This document shows positions 51,005 through 59,604 of a stretch of DNA of 64,000 nt, in pieces. The stretch spans positions 180,569-244,568 of the forward strand of contig CAVYKG010000010.1 in the NCBI GenBank assembly GCA_963769065.1, given 5' to 3'. Position 1 is the first letter of the stretch; every line of letters begins with the position of its first letter. This DNA is from an uncultured Pseudomonadota bacterium. Its GTDB lineage: Bacteria > Pseudomonadota > Gammaproteobacteria > Steroidobacterales > Steroidobacteraceae. Below the pieces are notes generated by a model. The model saw nothing but the letters and a program-made list of their open reading frames with translations. It did not search any database and was not told where the DNA came from. A program made the translations under genes and the position numbers.

Positions 51005-52303
51005 CTACGGCAGCGGCTCCGCGCTGGCTTCGACGCCCCCGCGCGTGAAGGCGAATCGCAGCCGCATCGATCGCTGCGCGGGCGCATCCGTCGGCGCGAA
51101 CGTCCACTGTCTCGCCGCCTCGAGTGAACGTCGTTCGAAATAACGACTCGGACCGGGGTCCACTGCGGTGGCGGAAACGACGCTGCCGCTCGAGTCGACG
51201 CCCACGCGTACCGTTACCCGAAGGGTGCCGCGGACCGTGTCGAGCGCGCTACGGGAGACGTTCGGCATCACCTCGTTGGTCGCGGTTTCGGGCGATACGG
51301 CCGGCGCAGCGCGTGGCGGTGCGACGGGTGTGGGCGCCGGCGGCACAGGACTCACGGCGGTGGCAACCTCCGCGGGCGGCGGCGAGTCGTCCACCGGCCG
51401 GCTGGACGAAGACAGGCGGTAAGCCATGAAGCCCAGCGCCAGCACCACCACGGCGCCGACGGCCCAGGGCAGCACCCCGACGGACCTGCGCGGCGGTGGC
51501 GGCGTAACCCTCGGGCGTTCTTCGCCCGGAAGCTCGACGCGTATCACGAGCCGCGTCGCCGCGGCCTGGGCTGGTTCTTCGGCGACCACGGTATCGACCG
51601 GGAGCAGCGAGTGCAGCTCCGCCACCTCCGGTCGATCGCGCGGATCACGGCTGAGACACCGCGCGACGAACCCGGCGAAACGCACCGGCAACCCGGGCGG
51701 CGGCACGAAATCGCCTGCCGCAGGTCGGACGCGCGTGAGCGCCTCGCAGATCGTGAGCCCGAGCGCGCGGATGTCGTCGCTTGCCTCGTCCGGATTCCCG
51801 ATCGGCCCGACGGTATCGCTGGCGAGTTTCAGGCGGTCGCCGACCACCAGCAGATTGGAGGGCTTCAAGGCCCCGTGCGCAAAGCCGTTCTGGTGCAGAT
51901 ATTCGAGCGCGCCGAGCGTCTGGTCGACCATTTCGCCGACTTCGTCTTCGGTCAGCGCGCGTTGCTCGAGCACCTCCGCGAGCGTCTGCTCGGCGAACTC
52001 CATGCGCGCGTACAGCCAGGGCTGGCCGTCGAGCCTGCACTCGCCCGCCTCGAATATCCGCAGCAGATGTGGATGCGAGAGTTCGATGGCCGCTCGCCAC
52101 CGAGACAGCTGCGCCTCCGCGGTGCGCGGGTCGAAGGGCACGACCTTCAGGGCTGCCGCGGACGGGGCATGCGGGGTGGACTGCGTCAGGAATACACCGC
52201 TGTGCTCGGTGCTTCCGACACAGCGCTGCAGTGGAAACGCGCCGTTTACCGTGTGCGTTTCCAGCTTCGCCCAGGCCGCCCTCATTCGATAGCCTTCTAC
52301 CAT
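51005..52303 (-). CDS. Protein-kinase-like (predicted pseudokinase) / TM / TonB-C-like fusion protein
   Basis: Kinase-fold landmarks: 'ALKVV' (VAIK-like Lys), 'HPHLLRIFE', and the catalytic loop 'HGALKPSNLLV' in place of HRDLKPxN. 'KLASDTVG' replaces DFG. This is followed by 'CLSRDPRDRP', a TM segment 'VLPWAVGAVVVLALGFMAY', a Pro-rich linker, and 'VRGTLRVTVRVGVDSSGSVVSATAV...LEAARQWTF' (TonB C-terminal-like). Confidence 0.65.
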   Translation of the reverse strand: MVEGYRMRAAWAKLETHTVNGAFPLQRCVGSTEHSGVFLTQSTPHAPSAAALKVVPFDPRTAEAQLSRWRAAIELSHPHLLRIFEAGECRLDGQPWLYARMEFAEQTLAEVLEQRALTEDEVGEMVDQTLGALEYLHQNGFAHGALKPSNLLVVGDRLKLASDTVGPIGNPDEASDDIRALGLTICEALTRVRPAAGDFVPPPGLPVRFAGFVARCLSRDPRDRPEVAELHSLLPVDTVVAEEPAQAAATRLVIRVELPGEERPRVTPPPPRRSVGVLPWAVGAVVVLALGFMAYRLSSSSRPVDDSPPPAEVATAVSPVPPAPTPVAPPRAAPAVSPETATNEVMPNVSRSALDTVRGTLRVTVRVGVDSSGSVVSATAVDPGPSRYFERRSLEAARQWTFAPTDAPAQRSMRLRFAFTRGGVEASAEPLP

Positions 52304-53169
52304 ACGCGGGTCGGACCGAGCATCGGACGGTCGAGGAAGTCGAAGAGCCCCGGCGCGTGCACGAGGTAGGCGTTCAGATGCTCGCCGCCCGCAACACGCT
52401 GGAACTCCGCTTCGACGCCTTTCGACCGCAACTCGCCCGCGAGGCGCTCCGACGCCGTGATGGTCCAGGCCGCGTCCTTGTCGCCCGCCAGCAGCAGTAC
52501 CCCCGTCCTGCCCGCGAGGTTCTCGAATGGGTAGCCCGCGGTCACGATCGGGCCCGCACTGACGACGATCCTGCCGAAGAGGCCCGGATACTTGGCGGCG
52601 AAATGGAACGCGCCGGAACCCGACGGATTCTGCCCGTGAAGGAACAGGCGTGACGTATCGGCGCCGTACTCGGCGGCGACGAGGTTGAGCACGAACAGCA
52701 CGTCGAGTTCGGCACGCTGATCGTCCTGCGCGGACCAGCCTTCGGCCGGCGTCGAGGGGCCGCCCTCCCGATCGACGGGATACCGGCTGCCGTAGTACGG
52801 CTGTGCATAGCCGCGGTAGCCGAGCGGTGAGATCAGGATGTAGCCGCGCTCGCGCGCGAGCTTCACGAGCTCGTTGCCGCCCCGGTGGTTGTTGTTGATG
52901 CTGGTGCCGGCGCGCAGCGTCACGAGTACCGGCAACCGTGCGCCCGGCCGCCACGTCTCGGGCACGAACAGCCGATACGGAATCGGCTCGCCCGTGCCGG
53001 GGAATTCGTAGACGCGGTACTGCTCGCCGGTCGCGCGATAAAGGGGCGCCGCCGGAGCGGGCACCGGGGCCTGCGCCAGCTGTGTTTCCGGCACGCCTGG
53101 CAGCGCGGCCGCGACCGGACCCGCCAGCACCAGGGCTGCTATCCAGCCCATCACCGTGATGATCTTCAT
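52297..53169 (-). CDS. Secreted alpha/beta-hydrolase-fold protein (esterase-like)
   Basis: Signal peptide 'MKIITVMGWIAALVLAGPVAA', then 'LPVLVTLRAG...' and 'LFLHGQNPSGSGAFHFAAKYP'. Its end overlaps the kinase-like start by 7 nt (ATGGTAG). The nucleophile motif is atypical. Confidence 0.55.
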   Translation of the reverse strand: MKIITVMGWIAALVLAGPVAAALPGVPETQLAQAPVPAPAAPLYRATGEQYRVYEFPGTGEPIPYRLFVPETWRPGARLPVLVTLRAGTSINNNHRGGNELVKLARERGYILISPLGYRGYAQPYYGSRYPVDREGGPSTPAEGWSAQDDQRAELDVLFVLNLVAAEYGADTSRLFLHGQNPSGSGAFHFAAKYPGLFGRIVVSAGPIVTAGYPFENLAGRTGVLLLAGDKDAAWTITASERLAGELRSKGVEAEFQRVAGGEHLNAYLVHAPGLFDFLDRPMLGPTRVW

Positions 53170-53294
53170 GACGCCCCCGCTGCTTGAGCATCGAGCTTCT
53201 CCCGCTCGGGCGGCGCGGGCAACCGCTGCAGGCCTCTTGACCTGTCATCCTGTCGAATCCACCCTCGAGGAAACGAAGGGATACGGGCTTCCTC

Positions 53295-55359
53295 ATGACG
53301 ATTCGCGCCGTCTCGAGCACGCTGCTGGCGTGCGCCCTGGTCGTGTCGGCGGCGGTTGCTCCCGCCGCTCAGCCGCGGGAGGAATTCTCCTCCCAGGCGC
53401 TGTCCGCGTTGCCTCGCGCCGGGTGGCTGACGAACGGCGGCAACCTCGCGAACCAGCGGTTTTCGCCGCTCGACGCCATCAATCGCGACAACGTCGGAAA
53501 GCTGAAGGGCGTCTGGCGGACGCACCTGAATGGCTCGGGCTCGGGCCGCAGTATCTCGGGCGCGGCACAGCCGATCGTGCACGACGGCCGCATCTATCTC
53601 GCCACCGGCGCCAACGACGTCTTCGCGCTCGACGCCGACAGCGGCGCCATCCTCTGGCAGTACTCCGCGCAGCTCGACCCGAAGATCTCGACGGTCTGCT
53701 GCGGCTGGACCAATCGCGGCGTCGGCATCGGCGACGACAAGTTGTTCTTCGGCACAGCTCGATGGCCGTCTGATCGCGCTCGACCGGCAGACCGGCAAGG
53801 AGGCCTGGTCGGTGCAGGCCGAGCGATGCGCAGGACGGCTTCTCGATCACCAGCGCGCCGCTGTATCTCGACGGCGTCGTCATCACCGGCTTTGCCGGCG
53901 CCGAGTACGGCGTGCGCGGACGCGTCAAGGCGTTCGATGCGAGGAACGGCAAGCTGCTGTGGACGTTCTACACGATTCCCGGGCCGGGCGAGCCGGGTCA
54001 CGACACATGGCCGAAGGACATCGAATGCCTGGCAGCGCGGCGGCGGCACGGTCTGGCAGACGCCGGCCGTCGATCCCGAACTCGGCCTGATCTACTTCTC
54101 GACCGGCAATGCGGGCCCCGATTTCAACGGCGCCGTGCGCCCCGGCGACAACCTGTTCACCGTCGTCGATCGTCGCCATCGAAGCGAAGACCGGCAAGTA
54201 CCGCTGGCACTTCCAGCAGGTGCACCACGACATCTGGGACTACGACGCGCCGAACCCCGTCATCCTGTTCGACGCGCGCGTCGACGGCCGGCTGCGCAAG
54301 GGCCTGGTGGAGGTCGGCAAGACCGGCTGGGCGTACATCCTCGACCGCGAGACCGGCGAGCCGCTGATCGGCATCGACGAACGCGCCGTGCCGCAGGAGC
54401 CGCGCCAGGCCACCGCGGCGACGCAGCCCTATCCGCGCGGCGACGCGATCGTTCCGCAGCACGTCGACATCGCGCCCGAGGGCTATGCGCTCGTCAACGG
54501 CGGCCGCATCTTCACGCCGTTCTTCGGCAATGCCGGCCTGATCGCGAGCCCGAGCCTGTACGGCGGCGCCAACTGGCCGCCGAGCTGCCTACGATCCCGC
54601 TGCGCCAGCACCTCTTCGTCTGCGCGTCGGACGTGCCCGGCAACTTCATCGGCGGTGGTGACGACGCGGAGCCCGCCGGCTCGGCAAGGAATACCTCGGC
54701 GGCAAGGTGGGGTTCGCGCCCCTGCCCCGCAGCGGCATCTTCGCCGCGCTCGACGTGACCACCAACAAGCTCGTGTGGCGCCAGCGCTGGCTGGACCAGT
54801 GCTACAGCGGCGTCGGTCGCGACCGCGGGCGGGCTGCTGTTCGTCGGCCGCAACGACGGCCGACTGACGGCGCTCGATTCCGACACGGGCAGCAAGCTGT
54901 GGGAGTTCCAGACCGGCGCGGGGATGAACGCGACCGTCAGCACCTTCGAGCGTGACGGCAAGCAATACGTCGTGGCGTATTCGGCCGGCAACGTGCTGGC
55001 CGGCACCAGCCAAGGGCGACAGCGTCTGGCTGTTCGCGCTCGACGGCACGCTGCCGCAGGCCAAGGAGCGCGACACGCAACCGGCACCGGTGGCCGCGCC
55101 GCCTTCGGCGGCGGCCGCCAATACGCTCGGCAGCGCAGGGGCCGACATCTATCGCCAGGCCTGCCTGCCCTGCCATGGGCCGGACGGCAAGGGGGGGCAT
55201 GGCGGAGGCGCCCCGCTCGACCAGGCAAAGGACATCGCGAGTGTGCTGCTCGTCATCCGCGAAGGGCGCAAGAACATGCCGCCCTTCAATGCCGCGCTGA
55301 CCCCCGAGCAGATCGAGGCCGTCGGCGCGTTCGTCGTCGCAGGGCGGTTCGTGCCCTAG
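53295..55359 (+). pseudogene. Quinohemoprotein (PQQ + cytochrome c) alcohol dehydrogenase, multiply frameshifted
   Basis: 'WLTNGGNLANQRFSPL', 'GRIYLATGANDVFALDADSGAILW', '[18 protein letters not shown]', '[18 protein letters not shown]', '[29 protein letters not shown]', '[28 protein letters not shown]', '[18 protein letters not shown]' and 'LTALDSDTGSKLWEF' are present, plus the C-terminal haem site 'CLPCHGPDG'. I count at least 8 frame changes, near 53750, 53820, 54020, 54160, 54590, 54680, 54815 and 55010. Length is 3n+1. Confidence 0.8.
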
Positions 55360-55367
55360 CGGTCGTG

Positions 55368-55673
55368 CTACTGAAGGCCCTTGAAATAGCCACGCGAGCA
55401 TTCGAGCGCATTGATCAGCTTCTCGAGCCGCGCGATGCGCGACTCCTGCACCGGCGAGGCGGTCGCCTGCAGCAGCTCGCCCGCCTGGGCGCAGCGTTCG
55501 GCGAACACCTCGACCTGGAAGCCGGCTTCGCGCGTGCCCAACGCACCCCGGGCACGAGCCGTCGCGAGCAGCTGCCGCGAATGCTCGCAGAGTACGTGCG
55601 CCATCCTCTCGAGCGCCCGCTGCTCGAGGTGGGCGACCAGCAGAGGGTCTCGTTGCAACGCCAGGGTTTCCAT
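55368..55673 (-). CDS. Hypothetical helical protein
   Basis: 101-aa ORF from METLAL with no family recognised. Its coding status rests only on ORF length and position. Confidence 0.3.
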   Translation of the reverse strand: METLALQRDPLLVAHLEQRALERMAHVLCEHSRQLLATARARGALGTREAGFQVEVFAERCAQAGELLQATASPVQESRIARLEKLINALECSRGYFKGLQ

Positions 55674-55796
55674 CGCGCGGCGATCATAGAACGTCGCGCC
55701 TCCCGTTCCGTGAATCAATCATGCCGGCTTGCGGGAAACCGTTCACGAATTCCGTTTCTGGCTCCGCGCTTGACAGTCGACCGCACCCGAGCGAAT

Positions 55797-55812
55797 TTAA
55801 CCGCAAGGTTAA
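55797..55812. promoter_or_regulatory. Perfect AT-rich palindrome, candidate ArsR-family operator
   Basis: TTAACC-GCAA-GGTTAA lies 13 nt upstream of the ArsR-family ATG (55825), within the most AT-rich patch of the window. A TTGACA hexamer sits at 55770-55775. Confidence 0.35.
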
Positions 55813-55824
55813 TTACTGCTGCCG

Positions 55825-56172
55825 ATGCCAACCGATCGTCTTTCCGCCCAGTTCGCCGCCCTCGCCGACCCCACCCGCAGGGCGATCCTTGCGCGCCTGA
55901 TCAAGGGCGAGGCCGGGGTCAACGAGCTCGCGGAGCCGTTCGACATGAGCGTGCCTGCGGTGTCGAAGCATCTGAAGGTGCTCGAGAACGCCGGCTTGAT
56001 CAGTCGCAGCAGGGAAGCCCAGTGGCGACCGGCGCGACTCAAGCCGATGGCGCTGAAAGACGTGGCCGACTGGGTCGAGCACCACCGGCGGTACTTCGAC
56101 GCAAGCTTCGACCGCCTCGACGACTACCTGCGCAAAGTCCAGAAGGGAGATGACAGTGGCGAACGAAATTGA
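55825..56172 (+). CDS. ArsR/SmtB family transcriptional regulator
   Basis: 'FAALADPTRRAILARLIKGEAGVNELAEPFDMSVPAVSKHLKVLENAGLI' (winged HTH). Confidence 0.85.
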   Translation: MPTDRLSAQFAALADPTRRAILARLIKGEAGVNELAEPFDMSVPAVSKHLKVLENAGLISRSREAQWRPARLKPMALKDVADWVEHHRRYFDASFDRLDDYLRKVQKGDDSGERN

Positions 56173-56659
56173 CGACAACCCGTGCGACACCGACGGCGTG
56201 GCACACCCCTTCGACCTGGTGCTCCATCGCATCATCGATGCGCCGCCGGAGAAGGTCTATCGCGCCTATACCGACCCGAAGATCCTCGCGCAGTGGTTTG
56301 CGCCGAAGCCGTGGAGCATCAGCGACGCGGTGGTGGAGCCTCGCGCCGGGGGCCGCTTCAACTTCGTCATGCACGGGCCGAACGGCGAGCGGTTCCCGAA
56401 CTCGGGCATCTTCCTCGAAGTCATCCCGAACCGCAGGCTCATCTCGACCGATGCGCTGACGCGGGAATGGAAACCGGCCGGTGCGCCGTTCATGGTCTCG
56501 CGGATCGAGCTCGAGCCCACCGACGACGGCAAGACGCGCTATACCGCCACCGCGAGCCACTGGAGCGAAGCCTCGATGAAGCAGCACGAGCAGATGGGCT
56601 TCCACGAAGGCTGGGGCACGGTCGCCGGGCAGCTCAACGAGCTCCTCCGCAAACCGTGA
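56150..56659 (+). CDS. SRPBCC (AHSA1/Aha1-domain) protein
   Basis: 'RIIDAPPEKVYRAYTDPKILAQWFAP' and 'GGRFNFVMHGPNGERFPNSGIFLEVIPNRRL...GWGTVAGQL'. It overlaps the arsR-family gene by 23 nt, a common ArsR-SRPBCC pairing. Confidence 0.8.
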   Translation: MTVANEIDDNPCDTDGVAHPFDLVLHRIIDAPPEKVYRAYTDPKILAQWFAPKPWSISDAVVEPRAGGRFNFVMHGPNGERFPNSGIFLEVIPNRRLISTDALTREWKPAGAPFMVSRIELEPTDDGKTRYTATASHWSEASMKQHEQMGFHEGWGTVAGQLNELLRKP

Positions 56660-56708
56660 GCTGCGCTGCGGTGCTGATGCACCACGCGCGCCCGGCTCGC
56701 TGGTCTGA

Positions 56709-56942
56709 CGGCTCAGGTCACCCGACACTCGCGACGAGCTCTGGGAAGGCGGCAACCACGAAGACGGCACACCGGTCGACACGCTGGTCACCGTCGAGCT
56801 GCGGGAGGCCGCCGACGGCCGCACCGACATGTCGTTCAGCCAGGAGGGCCTCAAGGACGAGCGCAGCGTCGCGAACCATTCCTACGGCTGGAACTCGACC
56901 GTGGACCGCTTGCAGAACTGGCTCGCCGCGCATCCCGACTGA
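56709..56942 (+). pseudogene. 3' remnant of a second SRPBCC/AHSA1 gene
   Basis: My own translation in the frame ending at TGA 56940-56942 reads '...EDGTPVDTLVTVELREAADGRTDMSFSQEGLKDERSVANHSYGWNSTVDRLQNWLAAHPD*'. This is the C-terminal third of the family. There is no start codon, and an upstream in-frame stop lies at 56706. Confidence 0.5.
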
Positions 56943-57014
56943 GCGGCGCGCGCACGACCTCGTCGCGTCGCGGCGTTTCGTGCTATCTACCCCTGCACAT
57001 CACAGGGGCATTTC

Positions 57015-58850
57015 ATGACGGGTATCCGCTCGGGGTTCATGCCGCTCGCATTGGTTTCGTCGTGGCTCCTCGCATCGCCGGTGCTGGCGCAGACGCAGAG
57101 CGACGTCACCTTCCCCTGCGATCGCGCCTGCCTCACCCGCGTGGTCGACACCTACATCGCGGGCCTCATCGCCAACGATCCGGCGCGGTTGCCGCTGGCA
57201 CCCGGCGCGAAGCTCACGCTGAACGACGACATCGTCACGCCGGCCCGGTTGTTCTGGGACGCGGCCGCACGCGTGCAGGCTCGTGTGGACATCGCCAACC
57301 CGCGCTGGGGCGACACCGGCACGCAGGCGGTCATCACGAATGCCGACGGTTCGCAGGTCATCTACGCGTTCCGGCTCAAGATCAAGGCGAACCGCATCAC
57401 CGAGGTCGAGGCCATCCTGGTGCGCAACGCGCAGGAAGGCGGCCTCTACGACGTCTCGACGATCCAGCGGGCGAACCCTGCATTCGGCACGCGCATCCGG
57501 CCGGCCGAGCAGGACTCGTACTACGACCTCGTGGCCGCCGCCGAGGGCTACTGGCGTGCGTTCAACACGAACGGCACGCCCGCCTATCGCCGCGCCGAAT
57601 TCTGGCCGAACGTCACGCGACTGGAGAACGGCTTCAGGACCACCGACGTTGCGGTGGCCGGGGCAGCGCCCATGAGCGCCGCGGAACAGTTCGATCGCGG
57701 CTTCCACGCCGGCCGCAACGTCTGGGACCTTCGCTACCCGGTCGTCGACCAGGAATACGGCGTCGTCATGAGCTTTGCCCGGTTCGGCCTGAAATCGGGC
57801 GTGAAACCGTCGCGTCCGGCCCAGGCGTCGGAGCGGCTGGTCGCCGAATTCTTCGCGGTCCGCAAGGGGATCATCGCGGACATCCAGGCGGTGATGGTCA
57901 ACCGCGACGAAAAGCTGCCGTCCGCCTGGCCGGCCGACTACGGCCCGACGCGCGGCGGCCTTGCGGCAAGCGCCTGCGACCGCGCCTGTCTCACCGGCTT
58001 CATCGACGCGTACTACGCCGCGCTGCTCGCCAACGACCCGCGCGCCTTGCCGCAGGCTGCCGCCGCCCGCATTACCCTGAACGGCACCCAGACGGCGCTC
58101 GCCAACGCGTTCTGGCCGGCGGCCAGGACCGTGCGCTGGCGATTCGACGCGGTCAACGAGCAGCTCGGCGACACCGGCACCCAGGTCGTGGTGGTGAACG
58201 ACGACGGCTCCGAAACGATGGAGATCGTGCGACTGAAGGTGGTCCGCGGGGCCATTGCCGAAATGGAGATCCTGCGCTGCTCCAAGGGCTGCTCCGGTGC
58301 GCAGTGGTGGGGACCCGAGCAGCTCGACAAGGAACCGTCGGCGTTCCTGAAGCTGCCGATCCCGCCCTCCGAGCGCGACTCGTACTACGGGCTCGCCGCC
58401 GTCGCCGATGGCTACTTCCGCGCCTTCCAGACCAATGGCTCGCCCGACTACCACCCGGCCGACCTGCTGCCTGACACGCGCCGGTTCGAGAACGGCGTGA
58501 ACTTCACCGGCCTCGTGCGCAATGGCGTGTACACCACCGCCGCCTCCGGGTTCGAGGCAGGCCGTTTCATCGGACGCAACCTGTGGGATCGGCGTTACGC
58601 GGTCATCGACGAGGAGCGGGGCATCGTCTTGACGCTGCTGCGCTTCGGCAAGGTGGACGGGGCTCAGAACGCAGCCTCCGTCGCCTCGATCGACCGGCTG
58701 GTCGGTGAATTCTTCACCGTGAAGTCGGGCAAGATCCAGGAAATCCAGGCGGTGATGCTAGACCGCAGTGATGCGGAGCCCATGGGGTGGGATACTCCGT
58801 GGTTCGGGCCCGGCCGAGGTGGCTGGACGAACCTGCCGACGGGTCAGTAG
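57015..58850 (+). CDS. Secreted protein of unknown function, internal tandem duplication
   Basis: 611-aa ORF with a signal peptide. The two ~286-aa halves share 'CDRACLT', 'ANDP', 'GDTGTQ', 'E(Q/R)DSYY', 'GY(W/F)RAF(N/Q)TNG(T/S)P', 'GRN(V/L)WD(L/R)RY' and 'EFF(A/T)V(R/K).G.I..IQAVM'. Confidence 0.7.
   Translation: MTGIRSGFMPLALVSSWLLASPVLAQTQSDVTFPCDRACLTRVVDTYIAGLIANDPARLPLAPGAKLTLNDDIVTPARLFWDAAARVQARVDIANPRWGDTGTQAVITNADGSQVIYAFRLKIKANRITEVEAILVRNAQEGGLYDVSTIQRANPAFGTRIRPAEQDSYYDLVAAAEGYWRAFNTNGTPAYRRAEFWPNVTRLENGFRTTDVAVAGAAPMSAAEQFDRGFHAGRNVWDLRYPVVDQEYGVVMSFARFGLKSGVKPSRPAQASERLVAEFFAVRKGIIADIQAVMVNRDEKLPSAWPADYGPTRGGLAASACDRACLTGFIDAYYAALLANDPRALPQAAAARITLNGTQTALANAFWPAARTVRWRFDAVNEQLGDTGTQVVVVNDDGSETMEIVRLKVVRGAIAEMEILRCSKGCSGAQWWGPEQLDKEPSAFLKLPIPPSERDSYYGLAAVADGYFRAFQTNGSPDYHPADLLPDTRRFENGVNFTGLVRNGVYTTAASGFEAGRFIGRNLWDRRYAVIDEERGIVLTLLRFGKVDGAQNAASVASIDRLVGEFFTVKSGKIQEIQAVMLDRSDAEPMGWDTPWFGPGRGGWTNLPTGQ
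57096..58811 (+). repeat. Two tandem intragenic repeat units, about 858-861 nt each
   Basis: TGCGA(T/C)CGCGCCTG at 57117 and 57975 (offset 858). An identical 15-mer ATCCAGGCGGTGATG occurs at 57882 and 58743 (offset 861). Confidence 0.7.
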
Positions 58851-58871
58851 CCACACCGACTGGAGCGTTCC

Positions 58872-59129
58872 ATGAACAAGACAAACCTGGTTTGCGGTCT
58901 CGCCGTCCTCGTCGCGCTGGCAGCGTGCGGTCAGCGCTCCGAACCGGCGGCGACGCCTGCCGACTCGAAGATCAACGCGGGCGCGACGGTTCCTGGCGCC
59001 ACCACGGGCCGGCCGGCGGGCCAGGCCGACGTCGAGGATCCGAAGACGCAGACGAACAGCGGGCGCCCCGATGCACCCGAAGACCTGAAGCCCGGAACCG
59101 ACGGGAATCCGAATCTGCCTGCGCGATGA
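58872..59129 (+). CDS. Small lipoprotein, low-complexity
   Basis: Lipobox 'LVALAAC' (Cys19). The mature part is Pro/Gly/Ala/Asp-rich. Confidence 0.5.
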   Translation: MNKTNLVCGLAVLVALAACGQRSEPAATPADSKINAGATVPGATTGRPAGQADVEDPKTQTNSGRPDAPEDLKPGTDGNPNLPAR

Positions 59130-59166
59130 CCGCCATCGGGCAGGCCTTTTGAAAGGAGAAGAAGAA

Positions 59167-59604
59167 ATGGCGAAATACAATGCGGGTTGCGAGCACGTTC
59201 ACGTCACCATCGACGCTGAACCGATCGACAACCACGAATGTCACTGCAACGTCTGCAAGACGGTGACGGGGCAGCACACCACCCACGTTGCGTTCTTCAA
59301 CTACGCCGACGTGAAGGTCGATCACCCGGAGAAGATCAAGCGGGTGCCATTCAACGGCCAGAACCCGAACGGCCCCCTCGAGATCTGCCTGTGCACCGAG
59401 TGCAATGCCGTGCTCATGCTCGATGACAAGGAGAAGCGCATCCGCGTCGGTGTGCCGAACGTCATGGGCTATGGCGACGGGTTCCCCAAGGCGACCTACC
59501 ACGCTTTCTGGGACGAGTCGAAGGGTTACGCGAAGCCGTCCGACGGCCTCCCCGTCTACGCCGGTCTTCGCCCGGATTTCACCTGGCCGAAATCGGCAGC
59601 CTGA
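59167..59604 (+). CDS. GFA (glutathione-dependent formaldehyde-activating/CENP-V) family protein
   Basis: AAGGAG RBS. 'CHCNVCKTVTGQ' and 'CLCTECNAVL' are Cys-rich zinc motifs. Confidence 0.7.
   Translation: MAKYNAGCEHVHVTIDAEPIDNHECHCNVCKTVTGQHTTHVAFFNYADVKVDHPEKIKRVPFNGQNPNGPLEICLCTECNAVLMLDDKEKRIRVGVPNVMGYGDGFPKATYHAFWDESKGYAKPSDGLPVYAGLRPDFTWPKSAA

Noticed and set aside
51005-53320. 771-aa ORF extending the kinase-like gene upstream
   Set aside because: The N-terminal ~330 aa are an alternative frame over the alpha/beta-hydrolase gene (52297..53169). The real start is at 52303 or 52285.
55770-55800. Sigma-70-type promoter call from TTGACA at 55770
   Set aside because: No acceptable -10 hexamer lies at 16-18 nt spacing. 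The best candidate, TTTAAC, needs about 20 nt. It is kept only as context for the palindrome finding.
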